Below, in pieces: positions 14,270 to 26,879 of a DNA stretch of 64,000 nt (position 1 is the stretch's first letter; each line of letters begins with the position of its first letter). This stretch comes from Octopus sinensis (lineage: Eukaryota): assembly GCF_006345805.1 (NCBI RefSeq), contig NC_043013.1:54560001-54624000 (forward strand). The letters are read 5' to 3'. The translations under genes were made by a program, and so were the position numbers. The notes under the pieces are model-generated. The model did not search any database. It saw only the letters and a list, made by a program, of their open reading frames with translations, and was not told where the DNA came from.

Positions 14270-14479
14270 TTTCAAATTTTGGTACAAGGCAAGCAATTCT
14301 GGGGTCGAGGTTAGGTCAATTATATCAACCTAAGTGTTCAACTGGTACTTATTTTATCGACCCTGAAAGGATGAAAAGCAGTCAGCCTCAGCAGAATTTG
14401 AACTCAGAACATAAAGATAGAGGAACTGTCGCTAATCATTTTGCCTGGCATGCTAAAGATTCTGCCAGCTGGCCACCTT
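14095..14479 (-). mobile_element. Two family 2 SINE copies separated by (TAA)n at 14202-14266
   Basis: Two gaatttgaactcagaacataaaga ... gcatgctaa.gattctgccagc units. Confidence 0.8.
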
Positions 14480-14757
14480 AAGAACATTAAAGTGACAAGT
14501 ACATGATTCTGTTGGTTTAAAAGGTGTCCTTGTCATAATACTGTATGTCTTACGTGGTTGCTAGGGCAAATCATTGGCAATGAATATAACAATAGCCTTG
14601 GATTTTATGAATTTGTTTTGAAGATAAAATATTTTAAATAAAATTCAAATGAAATTGTAAATGTGACAAATCACATATAACTTGAGATAAAAATAAGGAA
14701 ACAAATACGAACAGCTTAAAGTACAAACAATCAAGGACAAAGAGTAAAGTAACAATG

Positions 14758-14797
<40 letters not shown>

Positions 14798-15688
14798 ACG
14801 AAAAATGAGAAAATAAAGAAGGGAAGAGTGAAAAAAGCAGATGAAATAATAATGGAGAAGAGCTTATTGAATCCAATTGGTTGGTTGCAGGAATGAAAAT
14901 GTCTGTTTAGTTTATGAGGTCCATTAATAACTTGTATTTTCTTGTTCACGATTGTAGCATCAGTAATTGTTAACTCTAATCTCTTTAGGAAAGGAAAAAC
15001 TTTGGCGGCAAAAATAAAAAAAGAAAAATGATAAGACAGATGATGAGGAAGGCAAAGATTTCTCACAAGAAATATGTTTTCATTTTGAATTAATTTATAG
15101 ATTTTTAAAGAATATTAAGATTTTTTTTTTACTTTAACGATATGTTGCCTCTGTAATGTCTTAATTTGATAACTATTGGAAAGAAGGGGTTTAATTGATA
15201 ATGTGTACTCCTCAAGATGGTTAACCCTCTACATCCCCACCACTCTTTCAATAACTTTTTTTCTTCAAGGCTGTATATGGTCATACAACCTAGAAATAGC
15301 AAGTAAATCACCCTTGGATCATACGCTTTTCTGTTTTGAATGAAAAACACATTCAATAAAATCAGTGCTAGATATGGATGTTTGGACAAAAAAGATAAGA
15401 AGGCCATGGATGGAATGCCTATGATCATAAATGTGCATGGAGAGGGCTGGTCTGGACTTTAAACAAGAACATCAAACAAAGGTTTGACAATAAATTATTT
15501 CATTATAACACTGAAAAGAAAATTGAAATTATTGAATCTGTTGAACTGGTGTTTATTTAAAAAGAAGATAAATATGTAAAGGATAGAATGGGTTTCAAGA
15601 GAACAAGTGGGTAGAGAGTATTTTTAGTTGAATGTTTTATATAGAATGAAACTAGTAAATAAACAAACATATAAACAAATAAATAGAT

Positions 15689-16084
15689 TCTTTTATTTGT
15701 TTCAGTCATTTGACTGTGGCCATGCTGGGGCACTGCCTTTAGTCGAGCAAATTGGCCCCTGGACTTATTCTTTGTAAGCCTATTATTTATTCTGTCGGTC
15801 TCTCTTGCTGAACTGCTAAGTTACAGGGATGTAAACACACCAGCATCGGTTGTCAAGCGATGTTGGGCAGCGGGACAAACACAGACACACAAACATATAC
15901 ACACATACATATATATACATATATACGATGAGCTTCTTTCAGTTTCTGTCTACCAAATCCACTCAAAAGGCTTTGGTCAGCCTAAGGCTATAGTAGAAGA
16001 CACCTGCCCAAGGTGCAATGCAGTGGGACTGAACCCAGAACCATGTGGTTGGTAAGCAAGCTACTTACCACACAGCCACTCCTG
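15689..16084 (-). mobile_element. SINE, family 1, full length
   Basis: Colinear with 10284-10704 and 50406-50778. Confidence 0.9.
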
Positions 16085-17127
16085 ATGCAGAATATTAATT
16101 TAGTGTTTTGAGTAAAATGATTCAATCTCATTTCTACTCTCTACACTATCAACATTATTACCACCACCACCACCACTACTACTACTACTACTATCATCAT
16201 CTGTTTGTCTGTAGTTGTTGTTGACTGTGGTTTTGTTTAACCCAAGGTCAACTCTAATTGGGTAAACTTATGATCATCAATTTACACTAACCAATGAGAG
16301 AACCTGATGATGGTTATTTATCTTACAAGAAATCACAACCAAATCTTTTTCAAATCACAACTTGACCATCAGGAAGGACACATTGAATATGAGTTTGAGG
16401 AAATTATTGGAATGGCCATGGTTAGAATGCTTTTGATCTTTGGTCTGATCAATCAGGCTTGACCTGTGGTTAATCACCAACAACAACAACTGTTACAGAC
16501 ATTCTCACCAATCATTTCTTTTATTACATGCACCAGTAAAGAGACTAGTCTCATAGCATGTATGGGTGGATGGGTGGGGGCAAGGTTTGGTTGAACAAAG
16601 GTCAAATGATAGGGCACCGCAATCTTTTAGAAATACATTTAATTAAACAAGAAAAAGAAAAACTAAAGAATAATATTACCAAAAAACAAAAATGTTTTGG
16701 TATACACTTCTATCTTTTGAAACACGAATGGGAAGTCAAAAGTGAATATCATAAAATATTGGAAACTTGACTACAATCAAATTAAACCAAAAATACTTTC
16801 TCTTTGTATATAACATTTTTTAGTCCAATAATCTATCTTTGCAGATGAAAAATTGTATGGTTCAAAAAGATTGTAGTAGAAGAAATCCATGATTTTTCAA
16901 ATTAGATGAGAACTGTCAAAAGCATATACAATGCATTAATAACCTTTGGGGATTTAAAACTGGTTCAATTGTAATTATAAAATAACTGTGGTTATATATA
17001 TATATATGTAGGTGTATAGGTGTGTTCTATGATTGTCTTTTGAGGTTTTGGTGGTTTTCTGTTTGTATAGAAGATGCATTGAGGTAATATGTGTGAGTGT
17101 GACTGTCTGTGTGTCTGTCTATGTGTG

Positions 17128-17128
<1 letters not shown>

Positions 17129-17222
<94 letters not shown>

Positions 17223-17300
17223 ATAGATGGATAGATGGATGGATGGATGGATGGATGGATAAATAGATCTAGATAGACAAATAGATAGATAGATAGGTAG
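17129..17300. repeat. (GATA)n/(GATG)n microsatellite
   Basis: Directly visible. Confidence 0.95.
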
Positions 17301-17589
17301 AGAGAGACAGAGAGATATGTATATACATTCTTCTTAAAGTGGCTGCAACCAAGATGGCTTTTTAAACCCTGTCTTGCTGGGAATCTCTGCCAGCCATTAG
17401 CTTTCAGCATCTACTAAAGCTGATGGGGGACAGAGGTTCATGGGTCAGCCTGTTGAAGGTCATCACAGTTGGAAGAAGAAAATAATAATAATGCTGATGT
17501 GTTTTGGAGGAGAGGTGTAATATATTTGCAATATGAATGCAAGTATAAAAAACACATCCAATTATATATATATATATATATATATATAA

Positions 17590-17772
17590 ATTTGCATTCC
17601 TAAATTCAAAGCCAGAAATCTGGGATCTGGAATTATCCAGTAATTTTTTACTAGTTTTATCTTGTCTTTTTGTCTTCTCTCCATGTTGCTATATGAACAC
17701 TTAAGGTGGTTTTAGAGTCAGATCATAGCTGCTATTTTCAGCATGGCAGTATCTCATAGATACCCTAAGTTA

Positions 17773-17777
<5 letters not shown>
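17590..17777 (+). mobile_element. (TA)n-flanked fragment related to family A
   Basis: gctgctattttcagcatggcagt ... ccctaagttataattat resembles the 6478-6576 arm. Confidence 0.5.
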
Positions 17778-17820
<43 letters not shown>

Positions 17821-17823
<3 letters not shown>

Positions 17824-18218
17824 TCTACTCTTTTACTCTTTTACTTGTTTCAGTCATTTGACTGCGGCCATACTGGAGCACCACCTTTAGTCGAGGAAAT
17901 CGACCCCGGGACTTATTCTTTGTAAGTCCAGTACTTATTCTATCGGTCTCCTTTGCCGAACCGCTAAGTGACGGGGACATAAACACACTAGCATCGGTTG
18001 TCAACCAATGCTAGGGGGACAAACACACACATACATATATATATATACATATATACGACAGGCTTCTTTCAGTTTCCTTCTAACAAATCCACTCACAAGG
18101 CATTGATCGGCCCGGGGCTATAGTAGAAGACACTTGCCCAAGATGCCATGCAGTGGGACTGAACCCGGAACCATGTGGTTGGTTAGCAAGCTACTTACCA
18201 CACAGCCACTCCTGTGCC
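17821..18218 (-). mobile_element. SINE, family 1, full length
   Basis: Colinear with other family 1 copies; flanked by (TA)n. Confidence 0.9.
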
Positions 18219-18242
18219 TATATATATATATATATAATAATA

Positions 18243-18427
18243 TAGGGTGAAATTAATTAATTTGGAATAATCATTAATTTCACCAAGTAGGTTTCGGCAT
18301 GTAAAAGCCCCATTCAAGGAAGGTTTAAGTAATACTAAGTAATTAAGGGTTTAGCAACGATTTGCCTCACCACACACCGAATTTAGAAATAGCAGTCAAA
18401 GAGTTATGGCTATTCTTTCTACTTATT
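18243..18427 (-). mobile_element. Family A terminal segment
   Basis: agggtgaaattaatta ... tttcaccaagtag ... tagaaatagcagtcaaa aligns with 6036-6216. Confidence 0.75.
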
Positions 18428-18437
18428 ATATATATAT

Positions 18438-18905
18438 ATATAATAAGTATAGGAAAGAATGGAGCTGAGCGAAGATTTAACAAAATTCCTTTATTTTATT
18501 TGGAATTTGACAGGGCGGTGTCTCTGCTCATTATTTATCATTATCGCTATGGGCTCCTCATGAGCAGTCATCTAAAAACTTGCTGTGCATTTTGTTGGCG
18601 AAAGAAGTTCCTGGATTTTCCTGAAGAGAAAGCTGCATAATGGACTCCTTATTCATTCGGAATTAGGAATTTTGCAGACTTCGAAACATATGTCGAAAAT
18701 AAAATAAAGGAATTTTGTTAAATCTTCGCTCAGCTCCATTCTTTCCTATACTTATTATATTAAATTAAACTTCAAATTTCCGGACTAAGGCACGGAGTAT
18801 ATGCCCTATGGTCGTAACTTCAACCGTGTTCTTTCTGTTGTGATTTTGCTACCCAGGTATCGGTTATCTTTCGTATTATCCGTAATAAGATAATTCATTT
18901 ATCTA
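18438..18905 (+). mobile_element. (TA)n-embedded hammerhead-bearing element with a 64-bp perfect inverted repeat
   Basis: Arms 18438-18501 and 18697-18760; hammerhead at 18615-18700; (TA)n on both sides. Confidence 0.8.
18615..18700 (+). ncRNA. Type I hammerhead ribozyme, canonical core, GUC cleavage after 18694
   Basis: AUUUUC-CUGAAGA-GA..AG-CUGCA...UGCAG-A-CU-UC-GAAACAUAUGUC^GAAAAU; 6-bp stem I, extended stem II, palindromic minimal stem III. Confidence 0.85.
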
Positions 18906-18965
<60 letters not shown>

Positions 18966-19782
18966 AGTGTGTATGTGTTGGCACATAAAATGCATAATTT
19001 GTGTGTGACTGATGCCAGTGCCGCCTGACTGGTACCATTTGAGTGTGGCCAATGCCAATGCCACTTGACTGGCACCTGTGCCAGTGATATGTAAAAAGCA
19101 TCATTTGAGCCTCCATTGAGTGTCCCTTTCTCCTGAAAACCCTTTCCCACACCAACCACTGATGTTGCCACTCTTTATTTTTGTCCCTTTCAGTATCCCC
19201 ACTTACATGCCTCTCACCCCAGTCTCTGTCACTGCATTTTTTTCTTCCCTACACTTCCCATCATCTCCATATCTACTGCCTGATAACTGCTGCCCTGACT
19301 AACTACTACCACTTCTCTTACCTTCCCCCACCAAACTGAGATTAACCATTGTCTACATCACCCATGTTCACCATTCACTGCATTCATCTTTATCCTCATC
19401 TCTTTTCTCTGTCTCACACCTTTCACATGCATTCAACTGTCCTTGACCTTCAGTCCCTATTCTCTCTTTATGCACTTTCTTTTTTGCACTTTGGCACCTC
19501 ATCTCTACCACCCTTTTTCCCCTCCCTTGCTGGGGTGACTCTCTATTCCCTCTGCGCAAGACACTTGTTCCTACCACTTTAGCCTCTCACTGTCTGACCC
19601 AAAGCCACCTCTCTCCATTTTGATGCATGATACATGTTCTTGTGTTGGTACCTGTCCTAGACAAAATGGCATTACTTTTTCACTCACCCTTGTATCCATA
19701 TATATATGTGTATCCAAATATTCTTTCATTCATTTCATGTATATTTCTCCATGTTTGAATGGCAGATTAATAAATATATATA

Positions 19783-19994
19783 TTCTTTTACCTTTTTACT
19801 TATTTCAGTCATTTGACTGTGGCCATGTGGAAGCACCACCATATAGTCGAACAAATCGACCCCACAACTTATTTTTTGTAAGCCTTGTACTTATTGTATC
19901 GGTCTCTTGCCAAACTGCTAGATTACAGGAACATAAACACACCAACATCGGTCGTCAAGCGATGGTGGGAGGGGGGACAAACACAGACACACAA

Positions 19995-20037
<43 letters not shown>

Positions 20038-20110
20038 TATATGTGATGGGCTTCTTTCGGTTTCTGTCTACCAAATCCACTCACAAGGCTTTGGTCAGCC
20101 CTAGGCTATA
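19783..20110 (-). mobile_element. SINE, family 1, head missing
   Basis: Matches the body and tail of family 1. Confidence 0.85.
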
Positions 20111-20159
20111 TCATTTTGTTTAACTTAACATAGATTTACTTTAAGAATGCAAATCATTG

Positions 20160-20552
20160 TATAGTCCTGAGAAAGCATCTCATACAGACGTATAATACTA
20201 AAAAGGAAACATGTCCAGCACCAGTGGTGGAACTGCAAGATCAAATAATTTCAATGCTTTTTGCACTTCACCAACAATATTTATCTCCTATCACAATATA
20301 CTTAACCAAATTTCGTCAATGCTAATCAGTCACTGGTGCTGCAAATAGCTGGTTAGTCACTATTTTTCTATATATCAGTATGGCTGAAATTTGGTTAGCA
20401 TATGGTGATATGCTGCTGATAAAACATAAATATGCTGAAATCACAAGATCTGACAGTTCCACCACTGATGCTCGACATATTTTGTTTTCTGCTGATATTC
20501 TGAGCATTTTAGCACTATACATCTATGCTAGATGCGTTTTTAGGATGACTAC
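20160..20552. mobile_element. Old foldback/MITE-like element with degenerate 80-100 bp arms
   Basis: aaacatgtccagcaccagtggtggaactg pairs with cagttccaccactgatgctcgacatattt; outer segments also pair. Confidence 0.6.
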
Positions 20553-22120
20553 CACAGTTTTACAGTGTTTTTAAACCATATCCATATTAAGATATAAACA
20601 CTACTATTCATTACTAATACTACATTCGTTGATAATAACTAATATAAAATCATTGTCATTGAATGCCCATGCCTTTGTCATTTAATGTGTATATACAATT
20701 AACTAATTATATCATTAGTTTCCTAAGATTCCTATAAAGCCATTTTTGGATTCTCAGTTCAAAATTCTTAAAAGATTCTTAAGTGGAAATTATTAAGGTT
20801 ATTTTAATAAGCTGGAAGATGAAGTGTGTTAATATCTGTTTATTAAAATGCCATAATCTTTCAAGAATCAAGAAATTAGTTTCCAAAAATGGCTAAGAAA
20901 TATCAATTGTTTTTGTTTTTTTTAATTTTAAGTAATGTTACCTTCTAGATTATTTTCTGCTCTTTCTACTCCCAGAATAAAGTCAGCACCTAAACTTAAT
21001 CCAAGTAGTTCCACAGTAGTCTTCTAATTGATAATATCTTTCCTCTGGTGAAATGGAACATATCATTAGAAACAGATGTGTTTCAAACGACTTCAGGAAA
21101 ATTCAAAGACAGCAATTTGTAGGCAGAATTTAGCAAGGAACAATTCACTGATTAATAAATTCCCCTATCAGCAATTGACTAATTTACATAATCACTGTTG
21201 GCAAATTATTAATTAATATTAGGATTTCAATGATGAGTAAAAAATAAAACATAAATATTTATTACTTTAACAAAATTATTTTAAAAGCACAAACATGTTG
21301 ATAAAAATTTTGAAACAGTTTCTAAAATGAGATGTTATGAGTTTAACCTCTTTAATATGGGACAATAAATTCATTAAGTTCATTTTTATATTCTCGCAGC
21401 ACAGGATACATTCAGCACTTCAATGGATGTTTTACTGATTGGACAAAGAATGGCCAGTTGTGAGTTGCCATTGGTGTATTTTCTGCACAACATTTTGACA
21501 ACAAATATATTTTCCGTGAGCAATAAAGTTTATAAACTGCAGCAATATTTGTGAGATTTTCAATGCAATGTTATTTTTAAATATTTAATCTTAAAACTAA
21601 CTTTAAAATGCAATAAAGAAATTCCCTTTTGAATTATTTAGCTATTTCTGCCAGCATTCATGTAGATAAATCGTTATTGCTAAACATTAATTACCTAAAT
21701 TTGTACATTTCCAAACGTTAGCTATAATTATTAACACCTTGTGCTTTATGGTTTTATGGGTGGTTAGACAGTGAAGGCATGTTCCAAATAATGATCAATA
21801 ATAATATTTATCAAATTATCTATAACCAACATAATTAATTTATTCCCTCATAATTTCTTGCTTGAATCCCAAGAACTAAGATGGGGGAAATAAAATCAAT
21901 AACGTCAAACAAATAGTTCATTTTTGGGTCAAAGGTTACAAATATATATTTACATATTAAATGGAAAAATAGTAAATCTACAGAAGAAAAAAAACATTAT
22001 GTGACAACCTTTCTTTATGCTTTAATCCTTCAGTTTTCAATCGCTTCTATCAAACATAATTCTTATTTATTCTCAGTGTTATAATTAATATATATGTTAG
22101 TATGTACATATATGTATACA

Positions 22121-22170
<50 letters not shown>

Positions 22171-22960
22171 TATACACCCATACATACATACACACAGCAA
22201 GTAAAAATGCAATTATTTATTGTGCAGATACTCATAAATAGGATACACACACACATAGAGTATATATATTTTATACGGTCTATGCTTTATTTCTTTCTTA
22301 TGTTAAATTTTATTCCATTACATTCTTTAATCCTTTGGCACCTTTTGTGTTTTTTTCTCCTATTTTTCTCATTTTTGCCTTGCTCATCTTTGAGCAGAAA
22401 ATCCCAAACCTCATCCATTCTAGAAACTCGCTACCATAGCAAAAGCCTGTATATCTAACAGCCATTATGTAATTTTATTCTATAAAGTTGCCAAATGCTA
22501 ATTCTGAATAAAGTAGAAGCATACTCAGTGGCAATGTCACTGCAAGTGTATGTAGCACCATTTCTTGGGTGTCATGAAGCTCTAGAAGGGAACAGTCAGA
22601 AGGTAATTACAGCTTATCAGCCTCTGTCTTCATTTATTATTTCTCAAAGCAGCCAGCACACACAGAAAACGTTTTCTAACTCTATGGAATAGCAGATTCT
22701 TCATAACCATTTTTTACCTTCAAGCAAAGAAATTTTTCTTAAAACCTGAACTTAAGTTTTCAGATTCCTTCAGATTATTATCATTTATTTCTAGTTTTCA
22801 ATTTAAATGCAGCCAAATTGAAAACCACCCCTGCCCCCACCCACGACATTTGGTCATATTCCTGCTGCTTAAGGCAGGTGAAAATATCTCCATATTATTA
22901 TCGTATTTATCATCATAGTAAGATTTCTTCTTTTTTTTTTCTCTCTTTCTCTCTCAACAG

Positions 22961-23033
22961 ATTGGATGAGTCAGTCGAACTATGTTTTGTCACCAGAGAA
23001 GTTATTTTTGTATCAGATTGATCTGTTTCTGTG
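22961..23033 (+). other. Candidate small exon
   Basis: Strong polypyrimidine tract plus caacag acceptor, weak gtgaat donor; one open frame (WMSQSNYVLSPEKLFLYQIDLFL). Confidence 0.25.
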
Positions 23034-23125
23034 GTGAATCTTATGACATGGCATCATGTAATAGAATTGGCAATGTTATCTTTCACAAATAAGAATTTTT
23101 TATGGAGACAATGCACAGAGTTGCT

Positions 23126-23543
23126 GGCATGGTCATATGGTTAAGGTGTTTGTTTCCCAGTCATGTGGTTTCAGGTTCAGTCCCACTGCAGAGCACCTTG
23201 GGCAAGTGTCTCCTATTGAGCCCAGGACTAACCAAAACTTTCTGAGTAGATTTGGTTGACAGAAGATGAAAGAAGTCAGTTGTGTGTGTGTGTGTGTTTG
23301 TTGCTCCTTGTCTTGACATAGCATGATAATTGTAAATGAGAGTCACCAGCATACAAGCAGTGTGGTTCATTTCCAATCTTCCATGAAAACATGTCCAGTG
23401 ATGGAGAAATAGCACCTTGCTTGGAAACAAGTGAGGGTTGGCAACAGGACAGGTATCCAGCCACAGAAAATCTCTGCCTTTCACAATAAATACCCTCTGA
23501 CCCATTCAAGCATGGAAAAATGGACGTTAAAATAATGAGGATG
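23126..23543 (+). mobile_element. SINE with a family 1 head, different body and RTE-like tail
   Basis: ggttcagtccc B-box and accttgggcaagtgtc, then gggttggcaacagga ... gcatggaaaaatggacgttaaa. Confidence 0.75.
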
Positions 23544-23687
23544 AATGTCTTCTGTTCACATATGACTGAAAAAGGAAACAGCAGATCTAAGTTTTATATG
23601 GAAATGGCCAATAGCATCACAGAGACTAGTGACTCTTGTTTTGTAGAATTATTTTGTTTTAACAAGGTCTATTAATACAAGTTGTGA

Positions 23688-24005
23688 AGGCACGGACCCT
23701 TTTGTGGTTAGAGTATTTTTCTCAAGATCATAAAGTTTTGAGTTCAATTCTCAGTGAGACATTGGGTCCTTGAGCAAGATACTTTACTCCACGTTGCTCC
23801 AGTCCACTCAGCTGGCAAAAATGAATTGTACTTGTAACTCACAAGGGCCAGCCTAGTCTCATTCTATGTCACACTGAACTTCTGCGAAAACTATGTTAAG
23901 GGTATGTGTGTCTGTGGAGTACTCAACCAGCTGCACGTTAATTTCATGAGTAAGATGTTCTGTTGATTGAATCAATTGGAACACACCATCGCAACTAAAC
24001 AGAAT
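23688..24005 (+). mobile_element. tRNA-derived SINE, family 3
   Basis: gagttcaattc B-box, ccttgagcaag, gttgctccagtccactcagctg; related to 25040-25327 and 55735-55950. Confidence 0.7.
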
Positions 24006-24437
24006 CCCTGTTTTTAATAATACAAGTCAAGTTTGACAAACCCCAGTCAAAACTCCTCACTGGTGTGCGACCGACATCACTTAATCATGAACGAGATTTC
24101 TATTTCCTCGTTAAGCTTAATTAATAACAATTTAAGCTCAACATTGATGCAGGAAAAAGAAAATACACACACACACACTCGTTTAACTCTGAATACAAAA
24201 CAGTGACTATGACTTCAATGTAATCAAACAACAGCTGACGACAGGAATTATGTATCACATAACGAAGCAAACAATAAGCGGTGTTGTTGTTGTTGTTGTT
24301 GCATACCCAATTAAACTACAAATTATAGATTAGCAAGTCATGAAAAAAGACGAGGAAAACAAATTGCTTTCATTAACAGTTTGGAATGTCAGTCCTCACT
24401 TCTAACAAAGAAGCCACAGATAATTTTTCATTGGTAG

Positions 24438-24478
24438 TACCCAGTAAACTGTGGAATGAATGCAATGTTTACTGGGTA
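24438..24478. repeat. 41-bp unit bounded by a 12-bp perfect inverted repeat
   Basis: TACCCAGTAAAC-17 nt-GTTTACTGGGTA. Confidence 0.7.
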
Positions 24479-25039
24479 TAAAACAGCACCCAACAACAAC
24501 ATCAACAATAACAATATGCTAGCAACTGATTTAGTATAGTGGATCTTGTCAGAGAACAACAATTGTTGTTTGAAATAGGAATTAAGTGAGAATAAAGAGA
24601 AATGATGAAATATTTACAACTCAATATTTTGTGTTTTTAATATGTATACAGCTAAATCATATGAAGATATATCTAAACACACATAAATACACACGTGCAC
24701 ACACACACACACCTACACAAATATATATACAGATCTTGGATTTAGTTGTGTGTAAGTTTTACAGATAAACAATATCCTGGTAGTTGAGTATAGAAGCATT
24801 TGGTCCTGAAAGTTTAGATGCTTGGTATAAGAACACACACACATTTGGAGACACAGTCTGCAGAAGCAGCAGTTGTCAACACAGAGTCAACAGCTTTTAT
24901 GACATTGAATATTATTTTTCTATTTAATGCATTTACACTAATATGGCTCTACACGCATGCATATGTACATTCAAACATACATACACACGTACTATATATA
25001 TATATATATATATGTGCTTCAGTACGAAGTATCAGTCGA

Positions 25040-25327
25040 GTAATAAGAAATTGGGTTGACAAAGGAACGAAGAATTATGCCATGAACACTTCATTAGCTT
25101 GTAGCTGTTTCTGCTACAAGGTGCTGTGCACTGGTAGTAGCCAGCTTGAGTATCACCCTGTAACTTTGATGAAGCTTATACCACATGTCAGGGGTCAAAG
25201 TGACCACAGAGCAATGTGAGTGAGATGAAGTGATTTGCTGAAGAAAACGATGCACTGCCTGATCCTGGAATCGAATCCACGATCTTGCAATCATATGTGC
25301 AACACCCTAACTACTAGATCATGTGCC
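25040..25327 (-). mobile_element. SINE with a family 3-like head
   Basis: Reverse complement: ggcacatgatctagtagttagggtgttg ... ggattcgattccagg. Confidence 0.6.
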
Positions 25328-25596
25328 CTCACACACACATATATACACATGCTCCCCCTCCAACACACACAGATACACACAAACACACTAACAAAACACA
25401 CAGAGAAACGTTCAAATATTTGTACATAAATCTCAAACATATGTCTGTTAATAATCTGTTATCTCCCATCCAAGTGATGAGTGTTCATATTCTGTTACAA
25501 GTAGTTGAGATTTTGTGATGACATAAACTGCAATGATCTGTGTACATGTGTGTCCCTTTATCTCGTATATATGTGTGTGTTTGTGTGTATGTATAT

Positions 25597-25667
<71 letters not shown>

Positions 25668-25669
25668 TA

Positions 25670-26054
25670 TTCTTTTATTCTTTTACTTCAGTCATTAAAC
25701 TGTGACAATGCTGGAGCACTGCCTTTTGTCAAGCAAACTGACCCAGGACTTATTCTTTGTAAGCCTAGTACTTTTTCTATCAGACGCTTTTGCCAAACCC
25801 CTAAGTTACAGGGACATAAACACACCTGCACTGATTGTCAAGCGATGTTAGGGTGACAAACACAGACACACAAACACACGCACATATATATATACAACGG
25901 GCTTCTTTCAGTTTCCATCTACCAAATCCACTCACAAGGCTTTGGTTGGCCCAAGATTATAGTAAAGACACTTGCCCAAGGTGCCATGTAGTGGGACTGA
26001 ACTCGGAACCATGTGGTTGGTAAGCAAGCTACTTACCACACAGCCACTCCTGCA

Positions 26055-26056
<2 letters not shown>
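25670..26056 (-). mobile_element. SINE, family 1, full length
   Basis: Colinear with other copies. Confidence 0.9.
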
Positions 26057-26101
<45 letters not shown>

Positions 26102-26102
<1 letters not shown>

Positions 26103-26489
26103 ATAATTATAACAATAAGGGTTTTTGCAACAAGTTGCTTGACCACATACCGAAATTTTAGAAATAGCAGCCAAAGGACTACTATTTCCTTTTTCTACAA
26201 AAATATGTCTCCACAGACAACAATATTTGTAACTCACATATGGCAAAAAAAGAAGAAATATTGTTGTCTGTGGAGACATATTTTTGTAGAAAAAGGAAAT
26301 AGTAGTCCTTTGGCTGCTATTTCTAAAATTTCGATATGTGGTCAAGCAACTTGTTGCAAAAACCCTTATTGTTATAATTATAATTATATAAGTTTTTACC
26401 GAATATGGTCCTTTTCCATACCGAAATACTACTAGGTGAAATTTGTTGATTTTATTAAATTGATTATATTTCAACCTATATCTGTAATG

Positions 26490-26491
<2 letters not shown>
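26102..26491. mobile_element. Family A element forming a 127-bp hairpin plus a one-sided extension
   Basis: Arms 26102-26228 and 26256-26382 with 1 mismatch and a 27-nt loop; the extension matches the reverse complement of 6036-6117 and 54273-54370; (TA)n flanks. Confidence 0.85.
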
Positions 26492-26525
<34 letters not shown>

Positions 26526-26800
26526 AAACTCAGTGGTTACTACTAAATTCAGGCCACGACAGACAGAGAGGCTGTTCTTGAAGCTGAAAATCTGAACTTA
26601 TGGAGATAATATTTACATATTGCCCAAAGAAACACAGCTGGATCACATAATGCAGGGAAACGGTTGCATAACCAAGTACTTGCATGCCTGGAGAACTACA
26701 TTGTGTGGAAACAATTGTAGTGATTAAAAAATAAATCTCCAATGATACTGTTTCTTGTTGACTCCAAATTTTTTCAATTATATATATGTGTGTGTGTGTA

Positions 26801-26879
<79 letters not shown>

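Noticed and set aside
19120-19630. Pyrimidine-rich block, possibly the 5' region of a LINE on the minus strand
   Set aside because: No endonuclease or RT motif could be read with confidence.
26013-26474. Overlapping 140-aa and 127-aa ORFs on opposite strands with matching peptides
   Set aside because: An artefact of the 127-bp palindrome plus flanking SINE and microsatellite sequence.
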